A stretch of 35,440 nt of DNA from an uncultured bacterium (GTDB lineage Bacteria; Patescibacteriota; Minisyncoccia; Phycocordibacterales; UBA9973), in NCBI GenBank assembly GCA_903862375.1, contig CAIOXR010000078.1, forward strand, positions 1 through 35,440, written 5' to 3'. Positions within the stretch are counted from its first letter, which is position 1. Every line of letters starts with the position of its first letter. Of the stretch, positions 1-9,375 are shown piece after piece. The translations under genes and the position numbers were made by a program. A model generated the notes under the pieces. That model was not told the origin of the DNA. It saw nothing but the letters and a program-made list of their open reading frames with translations, and did no database searches.

Positions 1-64
1 ACGAGGGAGGATGAGGAGCCAGACATTTTTTCATAAAATAATTTGTTACGCATATATTAAAGAT

Positions 65-583
65 ATGAATAAAGAACAATTAAAAGGAAAAGTAAATAAA
101 TTTTTTGAATCAAAAGTTTTTAAGTATGTGATATATGGTTTAGCTACAGTATTCATACTTTCTTTTGTATTTCAAGCTGGGGTAATGGTAGGTTTCAGGA
201 AGGCATCATTTAGTCATAATTGGGGGAATAATTATGAAAGAAATTTTGGTCCTAATCGTCAAATTCCTCGTTTTATAGATGAAGGTAGAGGTATGATGAA
301 TGCTCACGGAGCAGTAGGTAGAATAATTAAAGTTGAATCTCCAAATATTATAGTTTTAGACAAAGATCAGACAGAGAAGATTGTGAAGATAAATGAAGAC
401 ACTAGTATTCTAGAAAGAAAAGAAAAAGTAGACAAAAATATTTTAGCAGTTGATCAATTCGTAATAGTAATAGGGAATCCAAATGATACAGGTCAAATTG
501 AAGCAAAATTAATAAGAATTATGCCAAACCCAGAAGAAATGCCGAAGTTAAATATGAAAGAGTTTAATAACAATAATATATAA
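65..583 (+). CDS. Single-TM hypothetical protein with C-terminal OB-fold-like (DUF5666-like) domain
   Basis: ORF 11..583. The ATG at 65 is the likelier start (TATATT 6 nt upstream). One TM segment, then a G-x-I-IKVE...V.VIG...GQIEAKLIRI pattern that resembles the ORF at 4371. Confidence 0.6.
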   Translation: MNKEQLKGKVNKFFESKVFKYVIYGLATVFILSFVFQAGVMVGFRKASFSHNWGNNYERNFGPNRQIPRFIDEGRGMMNAHGAVGRIIKVESPNIIVLDKDQTEKIVKINEDTSILERKEKVDKNILAVDQFVIVIGNPNDTGQIEAKLIRIMPNPEEMPKLNMKEFNNNNI

Positions 584-585
584 TT

Positions 586-2226
586 ATGAATAATCAAACA
601 TTTATACAGAAAGTAAAATCATTTATCAGTAACCATAAAATTTGGAGTTTCATTATTCTACTGGTAATTATATTTTTAGTTTACCTCTTCTTTTTTAAGA
701 GTAAAACAACAACAGAAACTAAGTATGTATCTAGTGCTGTTTCTAAAGGGAATATCATAGTCTCAGTTTCAGGTACTGGACAGATAGAGTCAGCTGATAC
801 TATAAATATAAATGCTAAAGTTTCAGGTGATGTGATATCTGTGCCAGTAAAAGTAGGTCAAGAAGTAAAGAAAGGCACTCTTATTGCAAGTATGGATTCT
901 CGTGATGCTAGGATTGTTCTTGAGACTGCACAGCTATCATTAGATAAGATAAAGAAGTTAGACCCGCTTACAGTTCTTCAAAAGGAAAATTCTACAATAA
1001 AAACATATACAGACGGCTGGAATAATACATCTGCTTTTTTGATAGATATGAACGTAGTTGTCACAGGTATGTATGATATAAGTAATGGTTACTTAGGTTA
1101 TAAGAATAAAATGTTATTAAGTGAATCAGGCAAAATTAAACTAGATGCATCTGAAAAGGCTTATTGGGAAGCAAAGAAAAGTTTGGATACTACAACCTCA
1201 CTATATAAAACACTTTCTATAAATAGTTCAAAAGATGAGATAAAGAATCTTATAAGTAAAACTTTAGACACAGCAAAAGTTGTATCGAATGGAGTTAAGT
1301 TAACACAAGCAAGTCTTGATTATACTATCTACTCTCTAGATGCTACTTCCACTACAGATGCTACAAATAACCAGAAAAATTTGACATCATGGACTGCTAC
1401 TACGAATAATTATCTGAATAGTATAGCTACGAATTTAAATAATATAAATGAAAGTAGTCAGTCACTAAGTGATACTTTAGCTGGAGCAGATGAGCTTGAT
1501 ATTCGTCAAGCAGAACTTAACCTAGAGACTAAACAGAATAGTTATAATGATTATTTTATAAGAGCACCTTTCGATGGAATTATCGCTACTCTTACAGCAA
1601 AAGTTGGACAGACTGCAAGTGGAAGTATTGGAACATTAATTGCTAAACAAAAGATAGTAAAGATATCACTGAATGAAGTTGATATTGCTAAAATTAAACT
1701 AGGACAGAAAGCAACACTATCCTTTGATGCTATCGATGGTTTAACCATTACAGGGAAAGTCGATGGTATCGATTCTGTGGGGACAGTGAGTCAAGGAGTT
1801 GTCACTTATAATGTCACTATAGTTTTAGATGTGGATGATGCAAGAGTCAAGCCGGGTATGAGTGTCTCAGCTACTATTATTACTGATACAGCTCAGGACG
1901 TAGTCATAGTACCGAGTAGTGCTGTTAAAGAAAAAAATGGAGTAAGTTATGTAGAGACTTTAGGATTAGCAACTTCCACTGTGACAGATTCACAAGGTTT
2001 AGTCTCTACAGTAAAACCTATTTCTGTAAATATAACTGTCGGATTAGTGGATGACATGTCTTCAGAAATTATTTCAGGATTAAAAGAAGGAGATATAATA
2101 ATAACAAAGACTATTACTACTTCTACTTCAGCAAAAACAACTACAGCACCAAGTATTCTTGGAGCAGTAGGAGGGAATAAAGCAGGAGCAAGTAGTGGAG
2201 CGATGAGATCAGTAATGGGACACTAA
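586..2226 (+). CDS. Efflux periplasmic adaptor / membrane fusion protein (MacA/HlyD-like)
   Basis: N-terminal TM; lipoyl half-motifs VSGDVISVPVKVGQEVKKG and IRAPFDGII; long helical hairpin; beta-barrel EVDIAKIKLGQKA...KPGMS. Confidence 0.9.
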   Translation: MNNQTFIQKVKSFISNHKIWSFIILLVIIFLVYLFFFKSKTTTETKYVSSAVSKGNIIVSVSGTGQIESADTININAKVSGDVISVPVKVGQEVKKGTLIASMDSRDARIVLETAQLSLDKIKKLDPLTVLQKENSTIKTYTDGWNNTSAFLIDMNVVVTGMYDISNGYLGYKNKMLLSESGKIKLDASEKAYWEAKKSLDTTTSLYKTLSINSSKDEIKNLISKTLDTAKVVSNGVKLTQASLDYTIYSLDATSTTDATNNQKNLTSWTATTNNYLNSIATNLNNINESSQSLSDTLAGADELDIRQAELNLETKQNSYNDYFIRAPFDGIIATLTAKVGQTASGSIGTLIAKQKIVKISLNEVDIAKIKLGQKATLSFDAIDGLTITGKVDGIDSVGTVSQGVVTYNVTIVLDVDDARVKPGMSVSATIITDTAQDVVIVPSSAVKEKNGVSYVETLGLATSTVTDSQGLVSTVKPISVNITVGLVDDMSSEIISGLKEGDIIITKTITTSTSAKTTTAPSILGAVGGNKAGASSGAMRSVMGH

Positions 2227-2229
2227 TTT

Positions 2230-2934
2230 ATGATTGAAATAAAAGATATAAGAAAATCATATAGGACTGATGCTGAACCTTTTGAAGCACTAAAAGGTGT
2301 AAGTTTTACTATTAAAGATGGAGAGTTTGTGGCGATTATGGGTCCATCTGGATCTGGTAAATCTACCTTAATGCATATTTTAGGAGCCTTAGATAGTCCG
2401 ACAAGCGGTACGTACTTTTTAGATGGTAAAGATGTATCAATACTTACAGACGATGAGCTTGCTGATATCAGAAAAGATAAGATAGGGTTTGTTTTTCAAT
2501 CTTTTAATTTACTTCCAAGAACAACTGTTTTAAGGAACGTAGTATTGCCTCTCATATATGATGGAGTAGGAGAGAAAGAAAGAATAGTTCGGGCCAAAGA
2601 AGCACTTATAGCAAGTGGACTAGACGAAGCACACTTTACTCATTTATCGAATCAACTTTCAGGTGGTCAGATACAGCGTGTAGCTATAGCCAGAGCTCTT
2701 GTGAATAATCCGACTCTTATACTTGCAGATGAACCGACTGGTAATCTTGATACTAAAACTGGGGAGATAGTGTTGGGTACTTTTCAGAAATTAAATAAAG
2801 AACAAGGAAGGACAATAGTTTTAATTACTCATGAGTATGATGTAGCACTACATGCTGATCGAATTATTACAATTCGTGATGGATTTATTATTAGTGATAA
2901 TAATTTACACGAAAAGAAAATAATAAATTTATGA
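2230..2934 (+). CDS. ABC transporter ATP-binding protein (MacB/LolD family)
   Basis: Walker A GPSGSGKST, signature LSGGQIQRVAIARAL, Walker B ILADEPTGNLD, H-loop ITHE. Confidence 0.95.
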   Translation: MIEIKDIRKSYRTDAEPFEALKGVSFTIKDGEFVAIMGPSGSGKSTLMHILGALDSPTSGTYFLDGKDVSILTDDELADIRKDKIGFVFQSFNLLPRTTVLRNVVLPLIYDGVGEKERIVRAKEALIASGLDEAHFTHLSNQLSGGQIQRVAIARALVNNPTLILADEPTGNLDTKTGEIVLGTFQKLNKEQGRTIVLITHEYDVALHADRIITIRDGFIISDNNLHEKKIINL

Positions 2935-4154
2935 AAACAAAAGATATTTTAGAAGAAACAATTATGGCTCTTTCAAGTAATAAAGTTCGATCAGGACTTA
3001 CTATGCTCGGTATTATTATCGGTATCGCTTCAGTTATTGCTATGACAGCTATCGGTACTGGTGCACAGAATTCTATCTCAGCATCTATTCAGTCTATCGG
3101 TTCAAATCTTATTATAGTTTCACCTGGGGCACCTCGTGGGGTTGGCCAGCAAGTCAGACAAGAGCGTGGTTCAGCCAAGACTCTCACTTTAGCAGATGTG
3201 GAAGCATTAAAGACAATTAGTGGAGTTAAGTCAGTTACAGCTGAAGTATCAAGTAGGTATCAAGTTACAGCAAAAGGTACGAATACAAATACAACTGTAG
3301 ATGGTGTAACTACTGATTATTCTATTGTTAGGAATTTAGAAATGGGTGAGGGGAATTTTATTACAGATCAGAATAATCAAAGTGGAGCAAAAGTAGCAGT
3401 CATAGGTCCGACAGTAGTTATAGATCTTTTTGGAGAAGGGGCTACAGATATAGTTGGCCAGTCAATAAAAATTAAAAGTATACAATTTAAAGTAATAGGA
3501 ATAACAAAAGCAAAAGGTGGTACAGGTTTTCAGAATCCAGATGATATGATTTACATTCCTTTAACTACAGCACAAAGATACTTCTCAGGTGATCAATATG
3601 TGAGTTCGATAAGTGTTGCAGCTACAAGTTCTGATGTCACGACACAAGTTCAGACTGATATTACTACAAAGCTTTTAGATCGTCATCATATATCTAATCC
3701 TACTCTTGCAGATTTTAATACCATGAATCAGGCAGATATTATTAAGACTGCTTCTTCGGTGACCGGGACATTCACAATGTTACTTTCAGCTATAGCAGGT
3801 ATCTCTCTTCTTGTAGGAGGAATAGGTATTATGAATATGATGCTTACTTCTGTCACAGAGAGAACTAAAGAGATAGGGTTAAGGAAAGCAATAGGTGCTA
3901 AAAGGAGAGATGTAAATATACAGTTTTTAGTCGAAGCTGTAATGCTTACATTTATCGGAGGTGTACTAGGTGTGATACTTGGTTGGGGAGTATCATTTGC
4001 TATAACCTCACTAGGAATACTAGAGGCACAAGTGTCTCTATCGTCAGTATTGTTAGCTTTTGGTGTGTCAGCATTTATAGGTATTGTTTTCGGTTATTAC
4101 CCAGCACAAAGAGCTTCAAAGTTAAATCCTATTGAAGCATTGAGATATGAGTAG
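2931..4154 (+). CDS. ABC transporter permease (MacB/FtsX family)
   Basis: RSGLTMLGIIIGI, GGIGIMNMMLTSVTERTKEIGLRKAIGA, PAQRASKLNPIEALRYE; 4-nt overlap with the ATPase gene. Confidence 0.95.
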   Translation: MKTKDILEETIMALSSNKVRSGLTMLGIIIGIASVIAMTAIGTGAQNSISASIQSIGSNLIIVSPGAPRGVGQQVRQERGSAKTLTLADVEALKTISGVKSVTAEVSSRYQVTAKGTNTNTTVDGVTTDYSIVRNLEMGEGNFITDQNNQSGAKVAVIGPTVVIDLFGEGATDIVGQSIKIKSIQFKVIGITKAKGGTGFQNPDDMIYIPLTTAQRYFSGDQYVSSISVAATSSDVTTQVQTDITTKLLDRHHISNPTLADFNTMNQADIIKTASSVTGTFTMLLSAIAGISLLVGGIGIMNMMLTSVTERTKEIGLRKAIGAKRRDVNIQFLVEAVMLTFIGGVLGVILGWGVSFAITSLGILEAQVSLSSVLLAFGVSAFIGIVFGYYPAQRASKLNPIEALRYE

Positions 4155-4342
4155 TTGGTTTGGTTTAAAATAGTTCTTCTCAGAGGGTCCGGATAAAATT
4201 AGGTGGAATTTCCTTCCCCTATTGTCTACTGCGTAAAGACAATTTGCTTCGCAACTGGATGAAAAGTAAAGAAGTTTACTTTTCATTACCCGTTCGTCGC
4301 CCTTGCGCACGCCTTTCTGATAAGACTATTTTAAACTCAACT
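4153..4342. other. Inverted-repeat-bounded multi-hairpin structured element (ncRNA or MITE-like)
   Basis: Arms 4163-4184 and 4316-4336 pair with one bulge and one mismatch; internal hairpins at 4221-4243, 4244-4254 and 4259-4286 (12 bp perfect); more GC-rich than flanks. Confidence 0.7.
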
Positions 4343-4370
4343 GTTATTATTAAATTAAAATAAATATTAT

Positions 4371-4838
4371 ATGGAAAATAAAAAAGTAATTATGAGTGTA
4401 GTAGTTTGTGTTGTTATAGCAGTTCTTAGTTTTTTGGGGGGTATGAGTTACGGAAAAGGGAAGAATAATACTATATCAACTAGACAAGGATCATATAGTC
4501 AGAATGGATTCAATCAGGGTGGATATTTGAAAGGGGCACAAGGAATGCGTAGTGGTAGAAGTGGAGGAATGATGAATGGTGGTGGCTTTACCTCTGGAGA
4601 AATTATTTCAAAAGACGATAAGAGTATGACTATCAAACTTCGAGATGGAGGATCAAAGATAGTATTATTTGGAGCATCTGCAAAAGTAGAGAAGACAGTA
4701 GATGGTAGTATAGCAGATGTAAGTGTAGGTAAGTCTGTGATGGTTACAGGGACTACAAATTCAGATGGAAGCATAAGTGCTACATCTATACAAATGAGAC
4801 CCGCATTCCCAGCTATAGCTCCATCCAAAACAAATTAG
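4371..4838 (+). CDS. Single-TM protein with Gly-rich linker and DUF5666-like domain
   Basis: N-terminal TM, Gly/Met-rich linker, then SGEIISKDDKSMTIKLRDGGSKIV...VMVTGTTNSDGSISATSIQ. Confidence 0.7.
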   Translation: MENKKVIMSVVVCVVIAVLSFLGGMSYGKGKNNTISTRQGSYSQNGFNQGGYLKGAQGMRSGRSGGMMNGGGFTSGEIISKDDKSMTIKLRDGGSKIVLFGASAKVEKTVDGSIADVSVGKSVMVTGTTNSDGSISATSIQMRPAFPAIAPSKTN

Positions 4839-4850
4839 GTTTAAATATAA

Positions 4851-4907
4851 TAAATAATAATCTAAAAATACATAGGCAAAGCCTATGTATTTTTAGATTA
4901 TTATTTA
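4851..4907. terminator. Bidirectional intrinsic terminator (27-bp perfect inverted repeat)
   Basis: taaataataatctaaaaatacataggc-aaa-gcctatgtatttttagattattattta between convergent genes. Confidence 0.85.
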
Positions 4908-6547
4908 GTACACTCTTTGTCAGCTTGTATATTTAATAATCCGAAGAGTTTGACGCATACATTTCCGATATTTTTCTTATTTGCAAATACGTGGTCTTCA
5001 CCTTTGTATGTTGTAAGATTTACATTTTTATTTGCATCTTTTAATTTTCCATTTAAGAGAGTTGCTTGCCAGAGGGGGACGGTGCGATCAGCTTCTCCTT
5101 GGATTATTTCAATTCTTTGATTCTCTAAATTACTAATTTTATTTATTATTGAAGCTTGATCATAGAGACTTCTATTCGTATTATTGGGTAGACCATTAAA
5201 GTGAGTATTAAATATCGAAGTTTGCATTTTTACAAGCAAACTCTCCCAATCAGTAACTCCATTGATAGAGAATATTCCTTTGAAAGTATCAGGATATTCG
5301 ACTATAGACTTAAGGGACATATATCCTCCATAGCTATTCCCAGCTAAGTAAGTATCACTAATTTTGTATTGATTCTTCATATATTTAGTCGCTTCCATTA
5401 CGTCTTCTATATCTCCTTTACCTACTGACTCTTTTATGCTTTCAGAATATTTTCGCCCCACTCCAAAGCTTCCTCTGTAGTCTAGTTTTAAAACGATTAC
5501 ATTATTCTTCTGTAATAATTTTAACATTGCATCATACATACCATAACTGTGGTAGGGGTGGTAGCCTAAGCTTGTCTGCCTAAGGGGCCCTCCATGAAGC
5601 CAGATGACTAGTGGGTAAACTTTTGTTTTATCATAACTTAGTGGAGTCATCACCACTCCATTTGAAATACCGACTTTCAGAAATTCCTCATTCTTTATAT
5701 TTTTTTTTGTATTTATATTCGGTATTTTTAAATAGCTAATCTTTTTTGTTTTGGTATTGTATATTTCTGGACCATATCCTTTTTCTTGCTGAGATATAAA
5801 GAAAAGATAATTTCCTACTTTAGTAATTTTATCTACATATGAGACGTATGATTCAATTATTTTATCTTTTCCAGTTTTAAGATCAAGATGGTAAAGAGAC
5901 CATATGTAAGGGTTTTCTTTTGTATTTCCTACATAGTAAATATTTGAAGAATCAAAAAAAGTGAAAGTTGCAATATTAGTAGCTGTAGTTACTATTTTTA
6001 TATTTTCAAAACTATTATTTTTAAGATTGTCTGTATCAACTTTGTATATTGAAGTATTATTATCTTTATCATCTAGATATAGTAAAGTCTTTTCATCAGG
6101 GGAGAATTCAAAAACTTTACTATATTCATCTATTAGATCCCAGTATGATACACTTTCAGATATTTTATAATTTATGTTTTCTTTTATATTTTTTATTATG
6201 TAACTTCGTTTATTTTCGGGTTCTTTTGCACTTATATAATAAGCTAAGAATCTACTATTTTTAGACATTATTGCGTGATTACCATTTACTTCTTTTAATT
6301 CTTGTTTAATTAAATTTTTCAGTATTTGGTTATTTGGTTTGCCTATAGTTGTTTTCTTTGTGGAAGTACATTTTAAACTTGTAATATTACATATGTAATT
6401 ATTCTTTTTACCTATACCATAGTATTCTATGAGTACATCTGTATTTGTATATCCTTTGATATTTCCATATTGTATGTCTAAAGCTTGGGCTTTTGATGTA
6501 AAAGTAAAAATTATTATAAGTAAAAATATGTATTTGAGTTTAACCAT
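4901..6547 (-). CDS. Secreted S9 (prolyl oligopeptidase/acylaminoacyl peptidase) family peptidase
   Basis: LVIWLHGGP, DYRGS.G.G, nucleophile GNSYGG, QGEADRTV (Asp), GEDH (His). A start at 6547 gives a signal peptide (MVKLKYIFLL...AQA) and removes the overlap with the next gene. Confidence 0.9.
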   Translation of the reverse strand: MVKLKYIFLLIIIFTFTSKAQALDIQYGNIKGYTNTDVLIEYYGIGKKNNYICNITSLKCTSTKKTTIGKPNNQILKNLIKQELKEVNGNHAIMSKNSRFLAYYISAKEPENKRSYIIKNIKENINYKISESVSYWDLIDEYSKVFEFSPDEKTLLYLDDKDNNTSIYKVDTDNLKNNSFENIKIVTTATNIATFTFFDSSNIYYVGNTKENPYIWSLYHLDLKTGKDKIIESYVSYVDKITKVGNYLFFISQQEKGYGPEIYNTKTKKISYLKIPNINTKKNIKNEEFLKVGISNGVVMTPLSYDKTKVYPLVIWLHGGPLRQTSLGYHPYHSYGMYDAMLKLLQKNNVIVLKLDYRGSFGVGRKYSESIKESVGKGDIEDVMEATKYMKNQYKISDTYLAGNSYGGYMSLKSIVEYPDTFKGIFSINGVTDWESLLVKMQTSIFNTHFNGLPNNTNRSLYDQASIINKISNLENQRIEIIQGEADRTVPLWQATLLNGKLKDANKNVNLTTYKGEDHVFANKKNIGNVCVKLFGLLNIQADKECTK

Positions 6548-6569
6548 AGTTCTATAGTATAATAAATCT
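6548..6569. promoter_or_regulatory. Overlapping divergent -10 boxes (putative leaderless promoters)
   Basis: TATAAT 6558-6563 lies 6 nt before ATG 6570; minus-strand TACTAT 6559-6554 lies 6 nt before ATG 6547. Confidence 0.55.
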
Positions 6570-7184
6570 ATGGATAATACAAAAAAGGGGAGAGAACTTG
6601 TTTTCGTACAAATATTATATTTATTTATTATTCCGATTTTACTTTTATATTTTAAAGTCTTACCTGGGAATTTTAGATTTATTATGTTACTAGTCATAGG
6701 ATTATTATTATTTGGTATAGTGAAGTATGATCGCTGGACTTATGCTGATATGGGGATAAAAAAAGACTTCACGAAAGATATAGTCCCTTATTCACTTTTT
6801 ACAATTGGAGGAGTATTTTTTCTTGTTTGGCTTGCACAGATAGTTCCTCATAGTCCGTTTTTAGAATGGTGGGAGAATGCTAAATTCCTTATTCTTTTTA
6901 TACCTATTAGTATTATACAAGAGATTATCTTTAGAGGTATTCTTATGAATATGCTTCGCCGAGCTTTTGGAAGCCCTATCTTTATTATTCTATTAAATTC
7001 AGCAGTATTTGCTTTTATGCATGTTATATACTTAAACTCTATTTTCGTTTTACCTATGACTTTCATAGCAGGTATAGGGTTTGCTTGGATGTATTACCAG
7101 TATGAGAATCTACCCCTTATTTCTTTCGCTCATACTATCTTAAACTTTACAGCCATGATACTTGGATTTTTTGTAATTAGGTAA
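6570..7184 (+). CDS. CPBP (CAAX/Abi) family intramembrane metalloprotease
   Basis: Multi-TM; QEIIFRG, FAFMH and HTILN motifs. Confidence 0.85.
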   Translation: MDNTKKGRELVFVQILYLFIIPILLLYFKVLPGNFRFIMLLVIGLLLFGIVKYDRWTYADMGIKKDFTKDIVPYSLFTIGGVFFLVWLAQIVPHSPFLEWWENAKFLILFIPISIIQEIIFRGILMNMLRRAFGSPIFIILLNSAVFAFMHVIYLNSIFVLPMTFIAGIGFAWMYYQYENLPLISFAHTILNFTAMILGFFVIR

Positions 7185-7185
7185 A

Positions 7186-7217
7186 ATAAAATACCTTCAG
7201 TTGTGAGGGTATTTTAT
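7186..7217. terminator. Bidirectional intrinsic terminator
   Basis: ataaaataccttca-gttg-tgagggtattttat, 14 bp with one G-U, between convergent genes. Confidence 0.75.
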
Positions 7218-7224
7218 ATTTAAA

Positions 7225-7767
7225 TTATTTAAAATTTTTCCACATCATTGATCCTTTGGGTAGTATATCTTCGTTATTGTATTTTGCACTTACTTTTTTG
7301 TTATACATTCTTTCTGGAGTTACTTCTCCATCTACAACATAGTATATTAATTGGCCTACTGGCATACCTGGGTATATTCTTACTGGGATACTTGTAGACA
7401 TTTCAAGTGTCCAGAATCCACAATATCCTATGTCTCCTTTTCCTGCTGTTGCATGTATATCTATTCCTAATCTACCTGTGGAAGACTTACCTTCTAAGAA
7501 TGGAACATGTTTGTGTGTTTCAGTATATTCTAGGGTTGAACATAAATATAATTCTCCAGGTTGAAGCACATAACCTTCTTCGGGTATTTCAAAATGTCTA
7601 ATTTCATTATTCTTTTTTGCATCGATTTCCTTGTCTACATACTGAGCAAAATGTTTGCTAAGGTGTACATCATAAGAGTTACCACCCATATTACTAATAT
7701 CAAACGGAGTAATAATTATTTCACCACTATCTATTTTCTCTAAAATCTTTTTATCGGATAATATCAT
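7225..7767 (-). CDS. dcd: dCTP deaminase
   Basis: MILSD start, SYDVHL, EGKSSTGRLG, AGKGDIGYCGFWTLE, YPGMPVGQL. Confidence 0.92.
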   Translation of the reverse strand: MILSDKKILEKIDSGEIIITPFDISNMGGNSYDVHLSKHFAQYVDKEIDAKKNNEIRHFEIPEEGYVLQPGELYLCSTLEYTETHKHVPFLEGKSSTGRLGIDIHATAGKGDIGYCGFWTLEMSTSIPVRIYPGMPVGQLIYYVVDGEVTPERMYNKKVSAKYNNEDILPKGSMMWKNFK

Positions 7768-7790
7768 ATTTTTATTTTAACATATTTAAT

Positions 7791-8321
7791 TTAATTGTTA
7801 ATTCTTTCATAAACTACGAAATTCGTATTATATATATTTATATCATCTTTTTCATATTTATTTTCTTTTATTTTTTTCCATTTTAATAGATCTATAGTAG
7901 GGAAGAGTGTATCAGCATCAGGAAATTCCGCATTTACGTGCGTTATATAAAGTCTATCAGCTTTGTCGATGAAAAGTTTATATATCATCCCTCCACCTAT
8001 TATGAATACCTCCTCATTTTCTTCCATTGTATTTTTAAGAAGTATATCGAGTTCATCTAGTGAATATACGATTTCACAATTATTTCTTTTAAAATTTTTA
8101 TCTGAAGTTAATACTATGTTTCTTCTTTTTGGAAGTGGTTTTCCTTTTGTGCCATCGGGGGATATACCAAGAGATTCGAAAGTTCTTTGCCCCATTATGA
8201 CTGGGTGGCCAGAAGTAGTTTCTCGAAAGTGCTTCATGTCTATAGGTAAATCCCATAGAAGTTCATTCTTTCTTCCGATTTCATTATTATTTGCAATTGC
8301 AGATATTATAGATAAGATCAT
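7791..8321 (-). CDS. folA: Dihydrofolate reductase
   Basis: IGRKNELLWDLPIDMKHFR, VIMGQRTFES, PLPKRRNIVL, FIIGGG, ADTLFP. Confidence 0.95.
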   Translation of the reverse strand: MILSIISAIANNNEIGRKNELLWDLPIDMKHFRETTSGHPVIMGQRTFESLGISPDGTKGKPLPKRRNIVLTSDKNFKRNNCEIVYSLDELDILLKNTMEENEEVFIIGGGMIYKLFIDKADRLYITHVNAEFPDADTLFPTIDLLKWKKIKENKYEKDDINIYNTNFVVYERINN

Positions 8322-8330
8322 AAAATATTT

Positions 8331-9296
8331 TTATACAGCTATTGTAGCTTTTATTGTATCGTGTGGGTTGTAATTTAATAATTTAAAGTCTTCATATTTA
8401 AAATCAAATATATTTTTAACATCTGGATTTATTTCCATCGTAGGTGAAGGTCTTATATCATTTTCTCTTGAAATTTGTAATTCGGCTTGTTCTATATGAT
8501 TCAAATAAAGATGAATATCTCCTCCAGTCCATATAAATTCTCCAAGTTCATATCCAGAGACTTGAGCTATCATCATAGTTAGAAGTGCATACGAAGCTAC
8601 ATTAAATGGTACTCCTAAGAAGAAGTCAGCACTTCTTTGATAAAGTTGGCAAGACAATTTTCCATTTAATACATGGAATTGAAAGAGAGAGTGGCATGGA
8701 GGTGGAGCATGATGGTGGTCATGAATTAAATCATATATTTCTCCGACATTCCATCCGCTGACCATTATCCTTCTTGAAGAGGGATCACTCTTTAGCATAT
8801 CAATTACATTTTGTATTTGATCAATACATACATTATTTGGATCTTCCCAGCATCTCCATTGTTTTCCATATATTGGTCCGAGTTCTCCCCATAATGATGC
8901 AAAGGTATCATCAGACTTTATTTGTTCTACGAACCAGTTTAATTTATCAGTCCATTCTGGAGAGTATCGTACAAGAGATTCATTTAAATTATTTTTTTCT
9001 AGATAAACCTGGAATGCCCACTCATTCCAGATTTTTACGTCATTACGTACTAGATATTTTATATTTGTATCACCAGTAAGAAACCAAAGTAATTCATGAA
9101 TGATACCTCTAATGAAAACCTTTTTAGTAGTTAAAAGTGGAAATCCTTTTGATAAATCAAAACGCATTTGATGACCAAAAACACTTTTGGTGCCTATTTT
9201 AGTACGTTCTTCTCTTTTCACTCCATTCTTAAGAATATGCTTCATAAGTGAAAGATATTCTTCATCTGGTTTTTCATAGTATTCATATGTTTTCAT
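8331..9296 (-). CDS. thyA: Thymidylate synthase ThyA
   Basis: [51 protein letters not shown] 9296 is preferred over GTG 9302. Confidence 0.97.
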   Translation of the reverse strand: MKTYEYYEKPDEEYLSLMKHILKNGVKREERTKIGTKSVFGHQMRFDLSKGFPLLTTKKVFIRGIIHELLWFLTGDTNIKYLVRNDVKIWNEWAFQVYLEKNNLNESLVRYSPEWTDKLNWFVEQIKSDDTFASLWGELGPIYGKQWRCWEDPNNVCIDQIQNVIDMLKSDPSSRRIMVSGWNVGEIYDLIHDHHHAPPPCHSLFQFHVLNGKLSCQLYQRSADFFLGVPFNVASYALLTMMIAQVSGYELGEFIWTGGDIHLYLNHIEQAELQISRENDIRPSPTMEINPDVKNIFDFKYEDFKLLNYNPHDTIKATIAV

Positions 9297-9302
9297 AATC
9301 AC

Positions 9303-9330
9303 ATTATAACCTTTTCATATTTTTTGCCAA
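9303..9330 (-). promoter_or_regulatory. Sigma70-type promoter for thyA-folA-dcd
   Basis: Minus strand TTGGCA (9330-9325), 16-bp spacer, TATAAT (9308-9303), 6 nt before ATG 9296. Confidence 0.6.
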
Positions 9331-9333
9331 ATA

Positions 9334-9342
9334 TGCTAAAAT
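9334..9342 (+). promoter_or_regulatory. Extended -10 promoter for the glyA operon
   Basis: TGcTAAAAT upstream of glyA. Confidence 0.45.
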
Positions 9343-9375
9343 CAACTTATTAACAATCTAATTTATTTATAATAT

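Noticed and set aside
11..64. Start at position 11 with an apparent GGAGG SD
   Set aside because: GGAGG abuts the ATG with no spacer; ATG 65 fits the -10/6-nt pattern better.
4185..4305. tRNA or tRNA-like gene (gttcg motif)
   Set aside because: Arm lengths and spacing do not fit a cloverleaf; no proper T-arm or acceptor end.
4122..4310. 62-aa minus-strand ORF
   Set aside because: It lies over the structured element and antisense to the permease end, with no protein-like features.
6548..6697. 50-aa N-terminal extension of the S9 peptidase
   Set aside because: It overlaps the CPBP gene, and the signal peptide begins at ATG 6547.
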